From positions 636,451-700,450 of the forward strand of contig NEEC01000027.1 of NCBI GenBank assembly GCA_002189035.1: a stretch of 64,000 nt of DNA. Reading direction: 5' to 3'. The stretch is from Utricularia gibba (taxonomy: Eukaryota; Plantae; Magnoliophyta). The translations under genes were made by a program, and so were the position numbers. Of the stretch, positions 41,371 to 55,700 are shown piece after piece. The notes under the pieces are model-generated. The model was not told the DNA's origin. It searched no databases and saw nothing but the letters and a program-made list of their open reading frames with translations. Numbering within the stretch: position 1 is the first letter of the stretch; each line of letters begins with the position of its first letter.

Positions 41371-43784
41371 GGGATCGCGTCGAAAACGAAAATTTCACAC
41401 CTTCCAATGAAATGCATATGTTTTGCATGCGAGAAATCACATTCGCATCGAATCGGAAGTCCCGAGTCGCATCGTCGCGAACGTCGTGGCCAATTTGGGG
41501 CACAATTGAAGGCTAAAATACGGCAATAATTCGAGCTCTGATACATCGTCGGACGACAAAGCTTCCAACACGGAAGATGACCGGCTCAGAATGAGATTTA
41601 AAACGTCATGCTGTGCGCAGCGTGACTCATCACGGTTTGCAAGATATTGCAAGATATTGAACGCGGCACGAAGCATGCATCAGTTGTGCGTATGAACACA
41701 CCCGTGGCATTGTAAGGGATCACCTCAAAAATGAAAATTTCACACCTTCCAATGAAATCCATATGTTTTACAAACGAGAAATCACATTCGCGTCGAATCG
41801 GAAGCCCCGAGTCGAATTATCGCGAACGTCATGGCATTTTTGTGGCACAATTGAAGGCTAATATAAGGAAATAATTCGAGCTCTGATAAATCGTCGGACG
41901 ACGAAGCTTCCATCACGGATGATGACCGCCTCAGAATGAGCTTCGAAACGTGTGTCGTGCGCAACGCGGGTAATCACGGTTTTGAAGATATCGACAAGAT
42001 ATTGAACGAGGCACGAGGCATGCATCAGGTGTGCGTAAGAACACACCCGTGGCATTGTAAGGGATCGCCTCGAAAACGAAAATTTCACACCTTCCAATGA
42101 AATCCATATGTCTTGATGCGATAAATCACATTCACGTCGAATCGGAAGTCCCGAGTCGCATCGTCGCGAACGTCGTGGCCATTTGGGCACAATTGAAGGC
42201 TAACATACGACAATAATTCGAGCTCTGATACATCGTCGGATGACAAAGCTTCCAACACGGAAGATGACCGCCTCCGAATGAGCTTCGAAACGGTGTGTCG
42301 TGCGCTACGTGGCTCATCACGGTTTTCAAGATATCGACAAAATACAGAATGGTGCACGAGGCATGCATCATGTGTGCGTAAGAACACACCCGTGGCATTG
42401 TAAGGGATCGCCTCGAAAACGAAAATTTCACACCTTCCAATGAAATGCATATGTATTGCATGCGCGAAATCCCATTCCTGTCGAATCGGAAGTCCCGAGT
42501 CAAACCATCGCGAACGTCGTGGCCACTTTGTGGCACAATTGAAGGCTAATAGAAGGCAATAATTCGAGCTCTGATACATTGTCGGACGACAAAGCTTCCA
42601 ACACGGAAGATGACCGGCTTAGAATGAGCTTTGAAACGGTATCCTGTGCGTAGCGTGACTTATCACGGTTTGCAAGATATCGACAAGATATTGAACGAGG
42701 CACGAGGCATGCATCATGTGTGCGTAGGAAACACACCCGTGGCATTGTAAGGGATCGCGTCGAAAACAAAAATTTCACACCTTCCAATGAAATGCATATG
42801 CTTTGCATGCGAGAAATCCCATTCCTGTCGAATCGGAAGTCCCGAGTCACACCATCGCGAACGTCGTGGCCACTTTGTGGCACAATTGAAGGCTAATAGA
42901 AGGCAATAATTAGAGCTCTGATACATCGTCGGATTACGAAGCTTCCAACACGGAAGATGCTCGGCTAAGAATGAGCTTTGAAACGTCATGCCGTGCGCAG
43001 CGTGACTCATCACGGTTTGCAAGATATCGACAAGATATTGAACGAGGCACGAGGCATGCATCAGGTGTGCGTAAGAACACACCCGTGCATTGTAAGGGAT
43101 CGCCTCGAAAACGAAAATTTCACACCTTCCAATGAAATGCATATGTATTGCATGCGAAATCCCATTCCTGTCGAATCGGAAGTCCCGAGTCAAAGCATCG
43201 CGAACGTCGTGGCCACTTTGTGGCACAATTGAAGGCTAATAGAAGGCAATAATTCGAGCTCTGATACATTGTCGGACGACAAAGCTTCCAACACGGAAGA
43301 TGACCGGCTTAGAATGAGCTTTGAAACGGTATCCTGTGCGTAGCGTGACTTATCACGGTTTGCAAGATATCGACAAGATATTGAACGAGGCACGAGGCAT
43401 GCATCATGTGTGCGTAGGAACACACCCGTGGCATTGTAAGGGATCGCGTCGAAAACGAAAATTTCACACCTTCCAATGAAATGCATATGTTTTGCATGCG
43501 AGAAATCACATTCGCATCGAATCGGAAGTCCCGAGTCGCATCGTCGCGAACGTCGTGGCCAATTTGGGGCACAATTGAAGGCTAAAATACGGCAATAATT
43601 CGAGCTCTGATACATCGTCGGACGACAAAGCTTCCAACACGGAAGATGACCGGCTCAGAATGAGATTTAAAACGTCATGCTGTGCGCAGCGTGACTCATC
43701 ACGGTTTGCAAGATATTGCAAGATATTGAACGCGGCACGAAGCATGCATCAGTTGTGCGTATGAACACACCCGTGGCATTGTAA

Positions 43785-46700
43785 GGGATCACCTCAAAAA
43801 TGAAAATTTCACACCTTCCAATGAAATCCATATGTTTTACAAACGAGAAATCACATTCGCGTCGAATCGGAAGCCCCGAGTCGAATTATCGCGAACGTCA
43901 TGGCAACTTTGTGGCACAATTGAAGGCTAATATAAGGAAATAATTCGAGCTCTGATAAATCGTCGGACGACGAAGCTTCCATCACGGATGATGACCGCCT
44001 CGGAATGAGCTTCGAAACGGTGTGTCGTGCGCAACGCGGGTAATCACGGTTTTGAAGATATCGACAAAATACGGAATGGTGCACGAGGTCTACATCAGGT
44101 GTGGGTTGGAAAACACCCGTGGCATTGTAAGGGATCGCCTCGAAAACGAAAATTTCACACCTTCCAATGAAATGCATATGTATTGCATGCGCGAAATCCC
44201 ATTCCTGTCGAATCGGAAGTCCCGAGTCAAAGCATCGCGAACGTCGTGGCCACTTTGTGGCACAATTGAAGGCTAATAGAAGGCAATAATTCGAGCTCTG
44301 ATACATTGTCGGACGACAAAGCTTCCAACACGGAAGATGACCGGCTTAGAATGAGCTTTGAAACGGTATCCTGTGCGTAGCGTGACTTATCACGGTTTGC
44401 AAGATATCGACAAGATATTGAACGAGGCACGAGGCATGCATCATGTGTGCGTAGGAACACACCCGTGGCATTGTAAGGGATCGCGTCGAAAACAAAAATT
44501 TCACACCTTCCAATGAAATGCATATGCTTTGCATGCGAGAAATCCCATTCCTGTCGAATCGGAAGTCCCGAGTCACACCATCGCGAACGTCGTGGCCACT
44601 TTGTGGCACAATTGAAGGCTAATAGAAGGCAATAATTAGAGCTCTGATACATCGTCGGATTACGAAGCTTCCAACACGGAAGATGCTCGGCTAAGAATGA
44701 GCTTTGAAACGTCATGCCGTGCGCAGCGTGACTCATCACGGTTTGCAAGATATCGACAAGATATTGAACGAGGCACGAGGCATGCATCAGGTGTGCGTAA
44801 GAACACACCCGTCGCATTGTAAGGGATCGCCTCGAAAACGAAAATTTCACACCTTCCAATGAAATGCATATGTATTGCATGCGAGAAATCCCATTCCTGT
44901 CGAATCGGAAGTCCCGAGTCAAACATCGCGAACGTCGTGGCCACTTTGTGGCACAATTGAAGGCTAATAGAAGGCAATAATTCGAGCTCTGATACATTGT
45001 CGGACGACAAAGCTTCCAACACGGAAGATGACCGGCTTAGAATGAGCTTTGAAACGGTATCCTGTGCGTAGCGTGACTATCACGGTTTGCAAGATATCGA
45101 CAAGATATTGAACGAGGCACGAGGCATGCATCATGTGTGCGTAGGAACACACCCGTGGCATTGTAAGGGATCGCGTCGAAAACGAAAATTTCACACCTTC
45201 CAATGAAATGCATATGTTTTGCATGCGAGAAATCACATTCGCATCGAATCGGAAGTCCCGAGTCGCATCGTCGCGAACGTCGTGGCCAATTTGGGGCACA
45301 ATTGAAGGCTAAAATACGGCAATAATTCGAGCTCTGATACATCGTCGGACGACAAAGCTTCCAACACGGAAGATGACCGGCTCAGAATGAGATTTAAAAC
45401 GTCATGCTGTGCGCAGCGTGACTCATCACGGTTTGCAAGATATTGCAAGATATTGAACGCGGCACGAAGCATGCATCAGTTGTGCGTATGAACACACCCG
45501 TGGCATTGTAAGGGATCACCTCAAAAATGAAAATTTCACACCTTCCAATGAAATCCATATGTTTTACAAACGAGAAATCACATTCGCGTCGAATCGGAAG
45601 CCCCGAGTCGAATTATCGCGAACGTCATGGCAACTTTGTGGCACAATTGAAGGCTAATATAAGGAAATAATTCGAGCTCTGATAAATCGTCGGACGACGA
45701 AGCTTCCATCACGGATGATGACCGCCTCGGAATGAGCTTCGAAACGGTGTGTCGTGCGCAACGCGGGTAATCACGGTTTTGAAGATATCGACAAAATACG
45801 GAATGGTGCACGAGGTCTACATCAGGTGTGGGTTGGAAAACACCCGTGGCATTGTAAGGGATCGCCTCGAAAACGAAAATTTCACACCTTCCAATGAAAT
45901 GCATATGTATTGCATGCGCGAAATCCCATTCCTGTCGAATCGGAAGTCCCGAGTCAAACCATCGCGAACGTCGTGGCCACTTTGTGGCACAATTGAAGGC
46001 TAATAGAAGGCAATAATTCGAGCTCTGATACATTGTCGGACGACAAAGCTTCCAACACGGAAGATGACCGGCTTAGAATGAGCTTTGAAACGGTATCCTG
46101 TGCGTAGCGTGACTTATCACGGTTTGCAAGATATCGACAAGATATTGAACGAGGCACGAGGCATGCATCATGTGTGCGTAGGAACACACCCGTGGCATTG
46201 TAAGGGATCGCGTCGAAAACAAAAATTTCACACCTTCCAATGAAATGCATATGCTTTGCATGCGAGAAATCCATTCCTGTCGAATCGGAAGTCCCGAGTC
46301 ACACCATCGCGAACGTCGTGGCCACTTTGTGGCACAATTGAAGGCTAATAGAAGGCAATAATTAGAGCTCTGATACATCGTCGGATTACGAAGCTTCCAA
46401 CACGGAAGATGCCGGCTAAGAATGAGCTTTGAAACGTCATGCCGTGCGCAGCGTGACTCATCACGGTTTGCAAGATATCGACAAGATATTGAACGAGGCA
46501 CGAGGCATGCATCAGGTGTGCGTAAGAACACACCCGTAGCATTGTAAGGGATCGCCTCGAAAACGAAAATTTCACACCTTCCAATGAAATGCATATGTAT
46601 TGCATGCGAGAAATCCCATTCCTGTCGAATCGGAAGTCCCGAGTCACACCATCGCGAACGTCGTGGCCACTTTGTGGCACAATTGAAGGCTAATAGAAGG

Positions 46701-47237
46701 CAATAATTCGAGCTCTGATACATTTTCGGACGACAAAGCTTCCAACACGGAAGATGACCGCTCAGAATGAGCTTTGAAACGGTATCCTGTGCGTAGCGTG
46801 ACTCATCACGGTTTGCAAGATATCGACAAGATATTGAACGAGGCACGAGGCATGCATCATGTGTGCGTAGGAACACACCCGTGGCATTGTAAGGGATCGC
46901 GTCGAAAACGAAAATTTCACACCTTCCAATGAAATGCATATGTTTTGCATGCGAGAAATCACATTCGCATCGAATCGGAAGTCCCGAGTCGCATCGTCGC
47001 GAACGTCGTGGCCAATTTGGGGCACAATTGAAGGCTAAAATACGGCAATAATTCGAGCTCTGATACATCGTCGGACGACAAAGCTTCCAACACGGAAGAT
47101 GACCGGCTCAGAATGAGATTTAAAACGTCATGCTGTGCGCAGCGTGACTCATCACGGTTTGCAAGATATTGCAAGATATTGAACGCGGCACGAAGCATGC
47201 ATCAGTTGTGCGTATGAACACACCCGTGGCATTGTAA
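43785..47237 (+). repeat. Two consecutive 5-mer HOR units (1727 + 1726 bp)
   Basis: A anchors at 43785, 45512 and 47238. Confidence 0.88.
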
Positions 47238-50200
47238 GGGATCACCTCAAAAATGAAAATTTCACACCTTCCAATGAAATCCATATGTTTTACAAACGAG
47301 AAATCACATTCGCGTCGAATCGGAAGCCCCGAGTCGAATTATCGCGAACGTCATGGCAACTTTGTGGCACAATTGAAGGCTAATATAAGGAAATAATTCG
47401 AGCTCTGATAAATCGTCGGACGACGAAGCTTCCATCACGGATGATGACCGCCTCGGAATGAGCTTCGAAACGGTGTGTCGTGCGCAACGCGGGTAATCAC
47501 GGTTTTGAAGATATCGACAAAATACGGAATGGTGCACGAGGTCTACATCAGGTGTGGGTTGGAAAACACCCGTGGCATTGTAAGGGATCGCCTCGAAAAC
47601 GAAAATTTCACACCTTCCAATGAAATGCATATGTTTGCATGCGCGAAATCCCATTCCTGTCGAATCGGAAGTCCCGAGTCAAACCATCGCGAACGTCGTG
47701 GCCACTTTGTGGCACAATTGAAGGCTAATAGAAGGCAATAATTCGAGCTCTGATACATTGTCGGACGACAAAGCTTCCAACACGGAAGATGACCGGCTAA
47801 GAATGAGCTTTGAAACGTCATGCCGTGCGCAGCGTGACTCATCACGGTTTGCAAGATATCGACAAGATATTGAACGAGGCACGAGGCATGCATCAGGTGT
47901 GCGTAAGAACACACCCGTGGCATTGTAAGGGATCGCCTCGAAAACGAAAATTTCACACCTTCCAATGAAATGCATATGTATTGCATGCGAGAAATCCCAT
48001 TCCTGTCGAATCGGAAGTCCCGAGTCACACCATCGCGAACGTCGTGGCCACTTTTGGCACAATTGAAGGCTAATAGAAGGCAATAATTGAGCTCTGATAC
48101 ATTGTCGGACGACAAAGCTTCCAACACGGAAGATGACCGGCTCAGAATGAGCTTTGAAACGGTATCCTGTGCGTAGCGTGACTCATCACGGTTTGCAAGA
48201 TATCGACAAGATATTGAACGAGGCACGAGGCATGCATCAGGTGTGCGTAAGAACACACCCGTGGCATTGTAAGGGATCGCCTCGAAAACGAAAATTTCAC
48301 ACCTTCCAATGAAATGCATATGTTTGCATGCGAGAAATCCCATTCGCATCGAATCGGAAGTCCCGAGTCGCATCGTCGCGAACGTCGTGGCCAATTTGGG
48401 GCACAATTGAAGGCTAAAATAGGCAATAATTCGAGCTCTGATACATCGTCGGACGACAAAGCTTCCAACACGGAAGATGACCGGCTCAGAATGATTTAAA
48501 ACGTCATGCTGTGCGCAGCGTGACTCATCACGGTTTGCAAGATATTGCAAGATATTGAACGGGCACGAAGCATGCATCAGTTGTGCGTATGAACACACCC
48601 GTGGCATTGTAAGGGATCACCTCAAAAATGAAAATTTCACACCTTCCAATGAAATCCATATGTTTTACAAACGAGAAATCACATTCGCGTCGAATCGGAA
48701 GCCCGAGTCGCGCGAACGTCGTGGCAACTTTGTGGCACAATTGAAGGCTAATATAAGGAAATAATTCGAGCTCTGATAAATCGTCGGACGACGAAGCTTC
48801 CACACGGATGATGACCGCCTCGGAATGAGCTTCGAAACGGTGTGTCGTGCGCAACGCGGTAATCACGGTTTGAAGATATCGACAAAATACGGAATGGTGC
48901 ACGAGGCTACATCAGGTGTGGGTTGGAAAACACCCGTGGCATTGTAAGGGATCGCCTCGAAAACGAAAATTTCACACCTTCCAATGAAATCCATATGTTT
49001 TCAAACGAGAAATCACATTCCGTCGAATCGGAAGCCCCGAGTCGAATTATCGCGAACGTCATGGCAACTTTGTGGCACAATTGAAGGCTAATATAAGGAA
49101 ATAATTCGAGCTCTGATAAATCGTCGGACGACGAAGCTTCCACACGGAAGATGACCGCCTCGGAATGAGCTTCGAAACGGTGTGTCGTGCGCAACGCGGG
49201 TAATCACGGTTTGAAGATATCGACAAAATACGGAATGGTGCACGAGGCTACATCAGGTGTGGTTGGAAAACACCCGTGGCATTGTAAGGGATCGCCTCGA
49301 AAACGAAAATTTCACACCTTCCAATGAAATGCATATGTTTGCATGCGAGAAATCCCATTCCTGTCGAATCGGAAGTCCCGAGTCAAACCATCGCGAACGT
49401 CGTGGCCACTTTGTGGCACAATTGAAGGCTAATAGAAGGCAATAATTCGAGCTCTGATACATTGTCGGACGACAAAGCTTCCAACACGGAAGATGACCGG
49501 CTAGAATGAGCTTTGAAACGGTATCCTGTGCGCAGCGTGACTCATCACGGTTTGCAAGATATCGACAAGATATGAACGAGGCACGAGGCATGCATCATGT
49601 GTGCGTAGGAACACACCCGTGGCATTGTAAGGGATCGCGTCGAAAACAAAAATTTCACACCTTCCAATGAAATGCATATGCTTTGCATGCGAGAAATCCC
49701 ATTCCTGTCGAATCGGAAGTCCCGAGTCAACCATCGCGAACGTCGTGGCCACTTTGTGGCACAATTGAAGGCTAATAGAAGGCAATAATTAGAGCTCTGA
49801 TACATCGTCGGATTACGAAGCTTCCAACACGGAAGATGCCGGCTAGAATGAGCTTTGAAACGTCATGCGTGCGCAGCGTGACTCATCACGGTTTGCAAGA
49901 TATCGACAAGATATTGAACGAGGCACGAGGCATGCATCAGGTGTGCGTAAGAACACACCCGTGGCATTGTAAGGGATCGCGTCGAAAACAAAAATTTCAC
50001 ACCTTCCAATGAAATGCATATGCTTTGCATGCGAGAAATCCCATTCCTGTCGAATCGGAAGTCCCGAGTCACACCATCGCGAACGTCGTGGCCACTTTGT
50101 GGCACAATTGAAGGCTAATAGAAGGCAATAATTCGAGCTCTGATACATCGTCGGATTACGAAGCTTCCAACACGGAAGATGCTCGGCTAAGAATGAGCTT

Positions 50201-51005
50201 TGAAACGTCATGCGTGCGCAGCGTGACTCATCACGGTTTGCAAGATATCGACAAGATATTGAACGAGGCACGAGGCATGCATCAGGTGTGCGTAAAACAC
50301 ACCCGTGCATTGTAAGGGATCGCCTCGAAAACGAAAATTTCACACCTTCCAATGAAATGCATATGTATTGCATGCGCGAAATCCCATTCCTGTCGAATCG
50401 GAAGTCCCGAGTCAAAGCATCGCGAACGTCGTGGCCACTTTGTGGCACAATTGAAGGCTAATAGAAGGCAATAATTCGAGCTCTGATACATTGTCGGACG
50501 ACAAAGCTTCCAACACGGAAGATGACCGGCTAGAATGAGCTTTGAAACGGTATCCTGTGCGTAGCGTGACTTATCACGGTTTGCAAGATATCGACAAGAT
50601 ATTGAACGAGGCACGAGGCATGCATCATGTGTGCGTAGGAACACACCCGTGGCATTGTAAGGGATCGCGTCGAAAACGAAAATTTCACACCTTCCAATGA
50701 AATGCATATGTTTTGCATGCGAGAAATCACATTCGCATCGAATCGGAAGTCCCGAGTCGCATCGTCGCGAACGTCGTGGCCAATTTGGGGCACAATTGAA
50801 GGCTAAAATACGGCAATAATTCGAGCTCTGATACATCGTCGGACGACAAAGCTTCCAACACGGAAGATGACCGGCTCAGAATGAGATTTAAAACGTCATG
50901 CTGTGCGCAGCGTGACTCATCACGGTTTGCAAGATATTGCAAGATATTGAACGCGGCACGAAGCATGCATCAGTTGTGCGTATGAACACACCCGTGGCAT
51001 TGTAA

Positions 51006-52733
51006 GGGATCACCTCAAAAATGAAAATTTCACACCTTCCAATGAAATCCATATGTTTTACAAACGAGAAATCACATTCGCGTCGAATCGGAAGCCCCGA
51101 GTCGAATTATCGCGAACGTCATGGCAACTTTGTGGCACAATTGAAGGCTAATATAAGGAAATAATTCGAGCTCTGATAAATCGTCGGACGACGAAGCTTC
51201 CATCACGGATGATGACCGCCTCGGAATGAGCTTCGAAACGGTGTGTCGTGCGCAACGCGGGTAATCACGGTTTGAAGATATCGACAAAATACGGAATGGT
51301 GCACGAGGTCTACATCAGGTGTGGGTTGGAAAACACCCGTGGCATTGTAAGGGATCGCCTCGAAAACGAAAATTTCACACCTTCCAATGAAATGCATATG
51401 TATTGCATGCGCGAAATCCCATTCCTGTCGAATCGGAAGTCCCGAGTCAAACCATCGCGAACGTCGTGGCCACTTTGTGGCACAATTGAAGGCTAATAGA
51501 AGGCAATAATTCGAGCTCTGATACATTGTCGGACGACAAAGCTTCCAACACGGAAGATGACCGGCTTAGAATGAGCTTTGAAACGGTATCCTGTGCGTAG
51601 CGTGACTTATCACGGTTTGCAAGATATCGACAAGATATTGAACGAGGCACGAGGCATGCATCATGTGTGCGTAGGAACACACCCGTGGCATTGTAAGGGA
51701 TCGCGTCGAAAACAAAAATTTCACACCTTCCAATGAAATGCATATGCTTTGCATGCGAGAAATCCCATTCCTGTCGAATCGGAAGTCCCGAGTCACACCA
51801 TCGCGAACGTCGTGGCCACTTTGTGGCACAATTGAAGGCTAATAGAAGGCAATAATTAGAGCTCTGATACATCGTCGGATTACGAAGCTTCCAACACGGA
51901 AGATGCTCGGCTAAGAATGAGCTTTGAAACGTCATGCCGTGCGCAGCGTGACTCATCACGGTTTGCAAGATATCGACAAGATATTGAACGAGGCACGAGG
52001 CATGCATCAGGTGTGCGTAAGAACACACCCGTAGCATTGTAAGGGATCGCCTCGAAAACGAAAATTTCACACCTTCCAATGAAATGCATATGTATTGCAT
52101 GCGAGAAATCCCATTCCTGTCGAATCGGAAGTCCCGAGTCACACCATCGCGAACGTCGTGGCCACTTTGTGGCACAATTGAAGGCTAATAGAAGGCAATA
52201 ATTCGAGCTCTGATACATTTTCGGACGACAAAGCTTCCAACACGGAAGATGACCGGCTCAGAATGAGCTTTGAAACGGTATCCTGTGCGTAGCGTGACTC
52301 ATCACGGTTTGCAAGATATCGACAAGATATTGAACGAGGCACGAGGCATGCATCATGTGTGCGTAGGAACACACCCGTGGCATTGTAAGGGATCGCGTCG
52401 AAAACGAAAATTTCACACCTTCCAATGAAATGCATATGTTTTGCATGCGAGAAATCACATTCGCATCGAATCGGAAGTCCCGAGTCGCATCGTCGCGAAC
52501 GTCGTGGCCAATTTGGGGCACAATTGAAGGCTAAAATACGGCAATAATTCGAGCTCTGATACATCGTCGGACGACAAAGCTTCCAACACGGAAGATGACC
52601 GGCTCAGAATGAGATTTAAAACGTCATGCTGTGCGCAGCGTGACTCATCACGGTTTGCAAGATATTGCAAGATATTGAACGCGGCACGAAGCATGCATCA
52701 GTTGTGCGTATGAACACACCCGTGGCATTGTAA
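51006..52733 (+). repeat. 5-mer HOR unit (1728 bp)
   Basis: A anchors at 51006 and 52734. Carries the CATTTTCGGACG marker (52216) also seen at 46721. Confidence 0.88.
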
Positions 52734-55700
52734 GGGATCACCTCAAAAATGAAAATTTCACACCTTCCAATGAAATCCATATGTTTTACAAACGAGAAAT
52801 CACATTCGCGTCGAATCGGAAGCCCGAGTCGAATTATCGCGAACGTCATGGCAACTTTGTGGCACAATTGAAGGCTAATATAAGGAAATAATTCGAGCTC
52901 TGATAAATCGTCGGACGACGAAGCTTCCATCACGGATGATGACCGCCTCGGAATGAGCTTCGAAACGGTGTGTCGTGCGCAACGCGGGTAATCACGGTTT
53001 TGAAGATATCGACAAAATACGGAATGGTGCACGAGGTCTACATCAGGTGTGGGTTGGAAAACACCCGTGGCATTGTAAGGGATCGCCTCGAAAACGAAAA
53101 TTTCACACCTTCCAATGAAATGCATATGTATTGCATGCGCGAAATCCCATTCCTGTCGAATCGGAAGTCCCGAGTCAAACCATCGCGAACGTCGTGGCCA
53201 CTTTGTGGCACAATTGAAGGCTAATAGAAGGCAATAATTCGAGCTCTGATACATTGTCGGACGACAAAGCTTCCAACACGGAAGATGCTCGGCTAAGAAT
53301 GAGCTTTGAAACGTCATGCCGTGCGCAGCGTGACTCATCACGGTTTGCAAGATATCGACAAGATATTGAACGAGGCACGAGGCATGCATCAGGTGTGCGT
53401 AAGAACACACCCGTAGCATTGTAAGGGATCGCCTCGAAAACGAAAATTTCACACCTTCCAATGAAATGCATATGTATTGCATGCGAGAAATCCCATTCCT
53501 GTCGAATCGGAAGTCCCGAGTCACACCATCGCGAACGTCGTGGCCATTTTTGGCACAATTGAAGGCTAATAGAAGGCAATAATTTGAGCTATGATACATT
53601 GTCGGACGACAAAGCTTCCAACACGGAAGATGACCGGCTCAGAATGAGCTTTGAAACGGTATCCTGTGCGTAGCGTGACTCATCACGGTTTGCAAGATAT
53701 CGACAAGATATTGAACGAGGCACGAGGCATGCATCAGGTGTGCGTAAGAACACACCCGTAGCATTGTAAGGGATCGCCTCGAAAACGAAAATTTCACACC
53801 TTCCAATGAAATGCATATGTTTGCATGCGAGAAATCCCATTCGCATCGAATCGGAAGTCCCGAGTCGCATCGTCGCGAACGTCGTGGCCAATTTGGGGCA
53901 CAATTGAAGGCTAAAATACGGCAATAATTCGAGCTCTGATACATCGTCGGACGACAAAGCTTCCAACACGGAAGATGACCGGCTCAGAATGAGATTTAAA
54001 ACGTCATGCTGTGCGCAGCGTGACTCATCACGGTTTGCAAGATATTGCAAGATATTGAACGCGGCACGAAGCATGCATCAGTTGTGCGTATGAACACACC
54101 CGTGGCATTGTAAGGGATCACCTCAAAAATGAAAATTTCACACCTTCCAATGAAATCCATATGTTTTACAAACGAGAAATCACATTCGCGTCGAATCGGA
54201 AGCCCCGAGTCGAATTATCGCGAACGTCATGGCAACTTTGTGGCACAATTGAAGGCTAATATAAGAAATAATTCGAGCTCTGATAAATCGTCGGACGACG
54301 AAGCTTCCATCACGGATGATGACCGCCTCGAATGAGCTTCGAAACGGTGTGTCGTGCGCAACGCGGGACGAAGCTTCCATCACGGATGATGACCGCTCGG
54401 AATGAGCTTCGAAACGGTGTGTCGTGCGCAACGCGGGTAATCACGGTTTTGAAGATATCGACAAAATACGGAATGGTGCACGAGGTCTACATCAGGTGTG
54501 GGTTGGAAAACACCCGTGGCATTGTAAGGGATCGCCTCGAAAACGAAAATTTCACACCTTCCAATGAAATCCATATGTTTGCATGCGAGAAATCACATTC
54601 CGTCGAATCGGAAGTCCCGAGTCGCATCGTCGCGAACGTCGTGGCCAATTTGGGGCACAATTGAAGGCTAAATAGACAATAATTCGAGCTCTGATACATG
54701 TCGGACGACAAAGCTTCCAACACGGAAGATGACCGCTCCGAATGAGCTTCGAAACGGTGTGTCGTGCGCTACGTGGCTCATCACGGTTTCAAGATATCGA
54801 CAAAATACGAATGGTGCACGAGGCATGCATCATGTGTGCGTAAGAACACACCCGTGGCATTGTAAGGGATCGCCTCGAAAACGAAAATTTCACACCTTCC
54901 AATGAAATGCATATGTATTGCATGCGAGAAGTCCCGAGTCGCATCGTCGCGAACGTCGTGGCCAATTTGGGGCACAATTGAAGGCTAAATACGGCAATAA
55001 TTCGAGCTCTGATACATCGTCGGACGACAAAGCTTCCAACACGGAAGATGACCGGCTCAGAATGAGATTTAAAACGTCATGCTGTGCGCAGCGTGACTCA
55101 TCACGGTTTGCAAGATATTGCAAAGATATTGAACGCGGCACGAAGCATGCATCAGTTGTGCGTATGAACACACCCGTGGCATTGTAAGGGATCACCTCAA
55201 AAATGAAAATTTCACACCTTCCAATGAAATCATATGTTTTACAAACGAGAAATCACATTCGCGTCGAATCGGAAGCCCCGAGTCGAATTATCGCGAACGT
55301 CATGGCAACTTTGTGGCACAATTGAAGGCTAATATAAGGAAATAATTCGAGCTCTGATAAATCGTCGGACGACGAAGCTTCCATCACGGATGATGACCGC
55401 CTCGGAATGAGCTTCGAAACGGTGTGTCGTGCGCAACGCGGGTAATCACGGTTTTGAAGATATCGACAAAATACGGAATGGTGCACGAGGTCTACATCAG
55501 GTGTGGGTTGAAAACACCCGTGGCATTGTAAGGGATCGCCTCGAAAACGAAAATTTCACACCTTCCAATGAAATGCATATGTTTGCATGCGCGAAATCCC
55601 ATTCCTGTCGAATCGGAAGTCCCGAGTCAAACCATCGCGAACGTCGTGGCCACTTTGTGGCACAATTGAAGGCTAATAGAAGGCAATAATTCGAGCTCTG

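Larger units (their letters stand above)
26409..47237 (+). repeat. Super-repeat copy 2
   Basis: Same HOR series from 26409; matching markers at 27187, 35978, 39714, 40461, 40673 and 41832. Confidence 0.9.
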
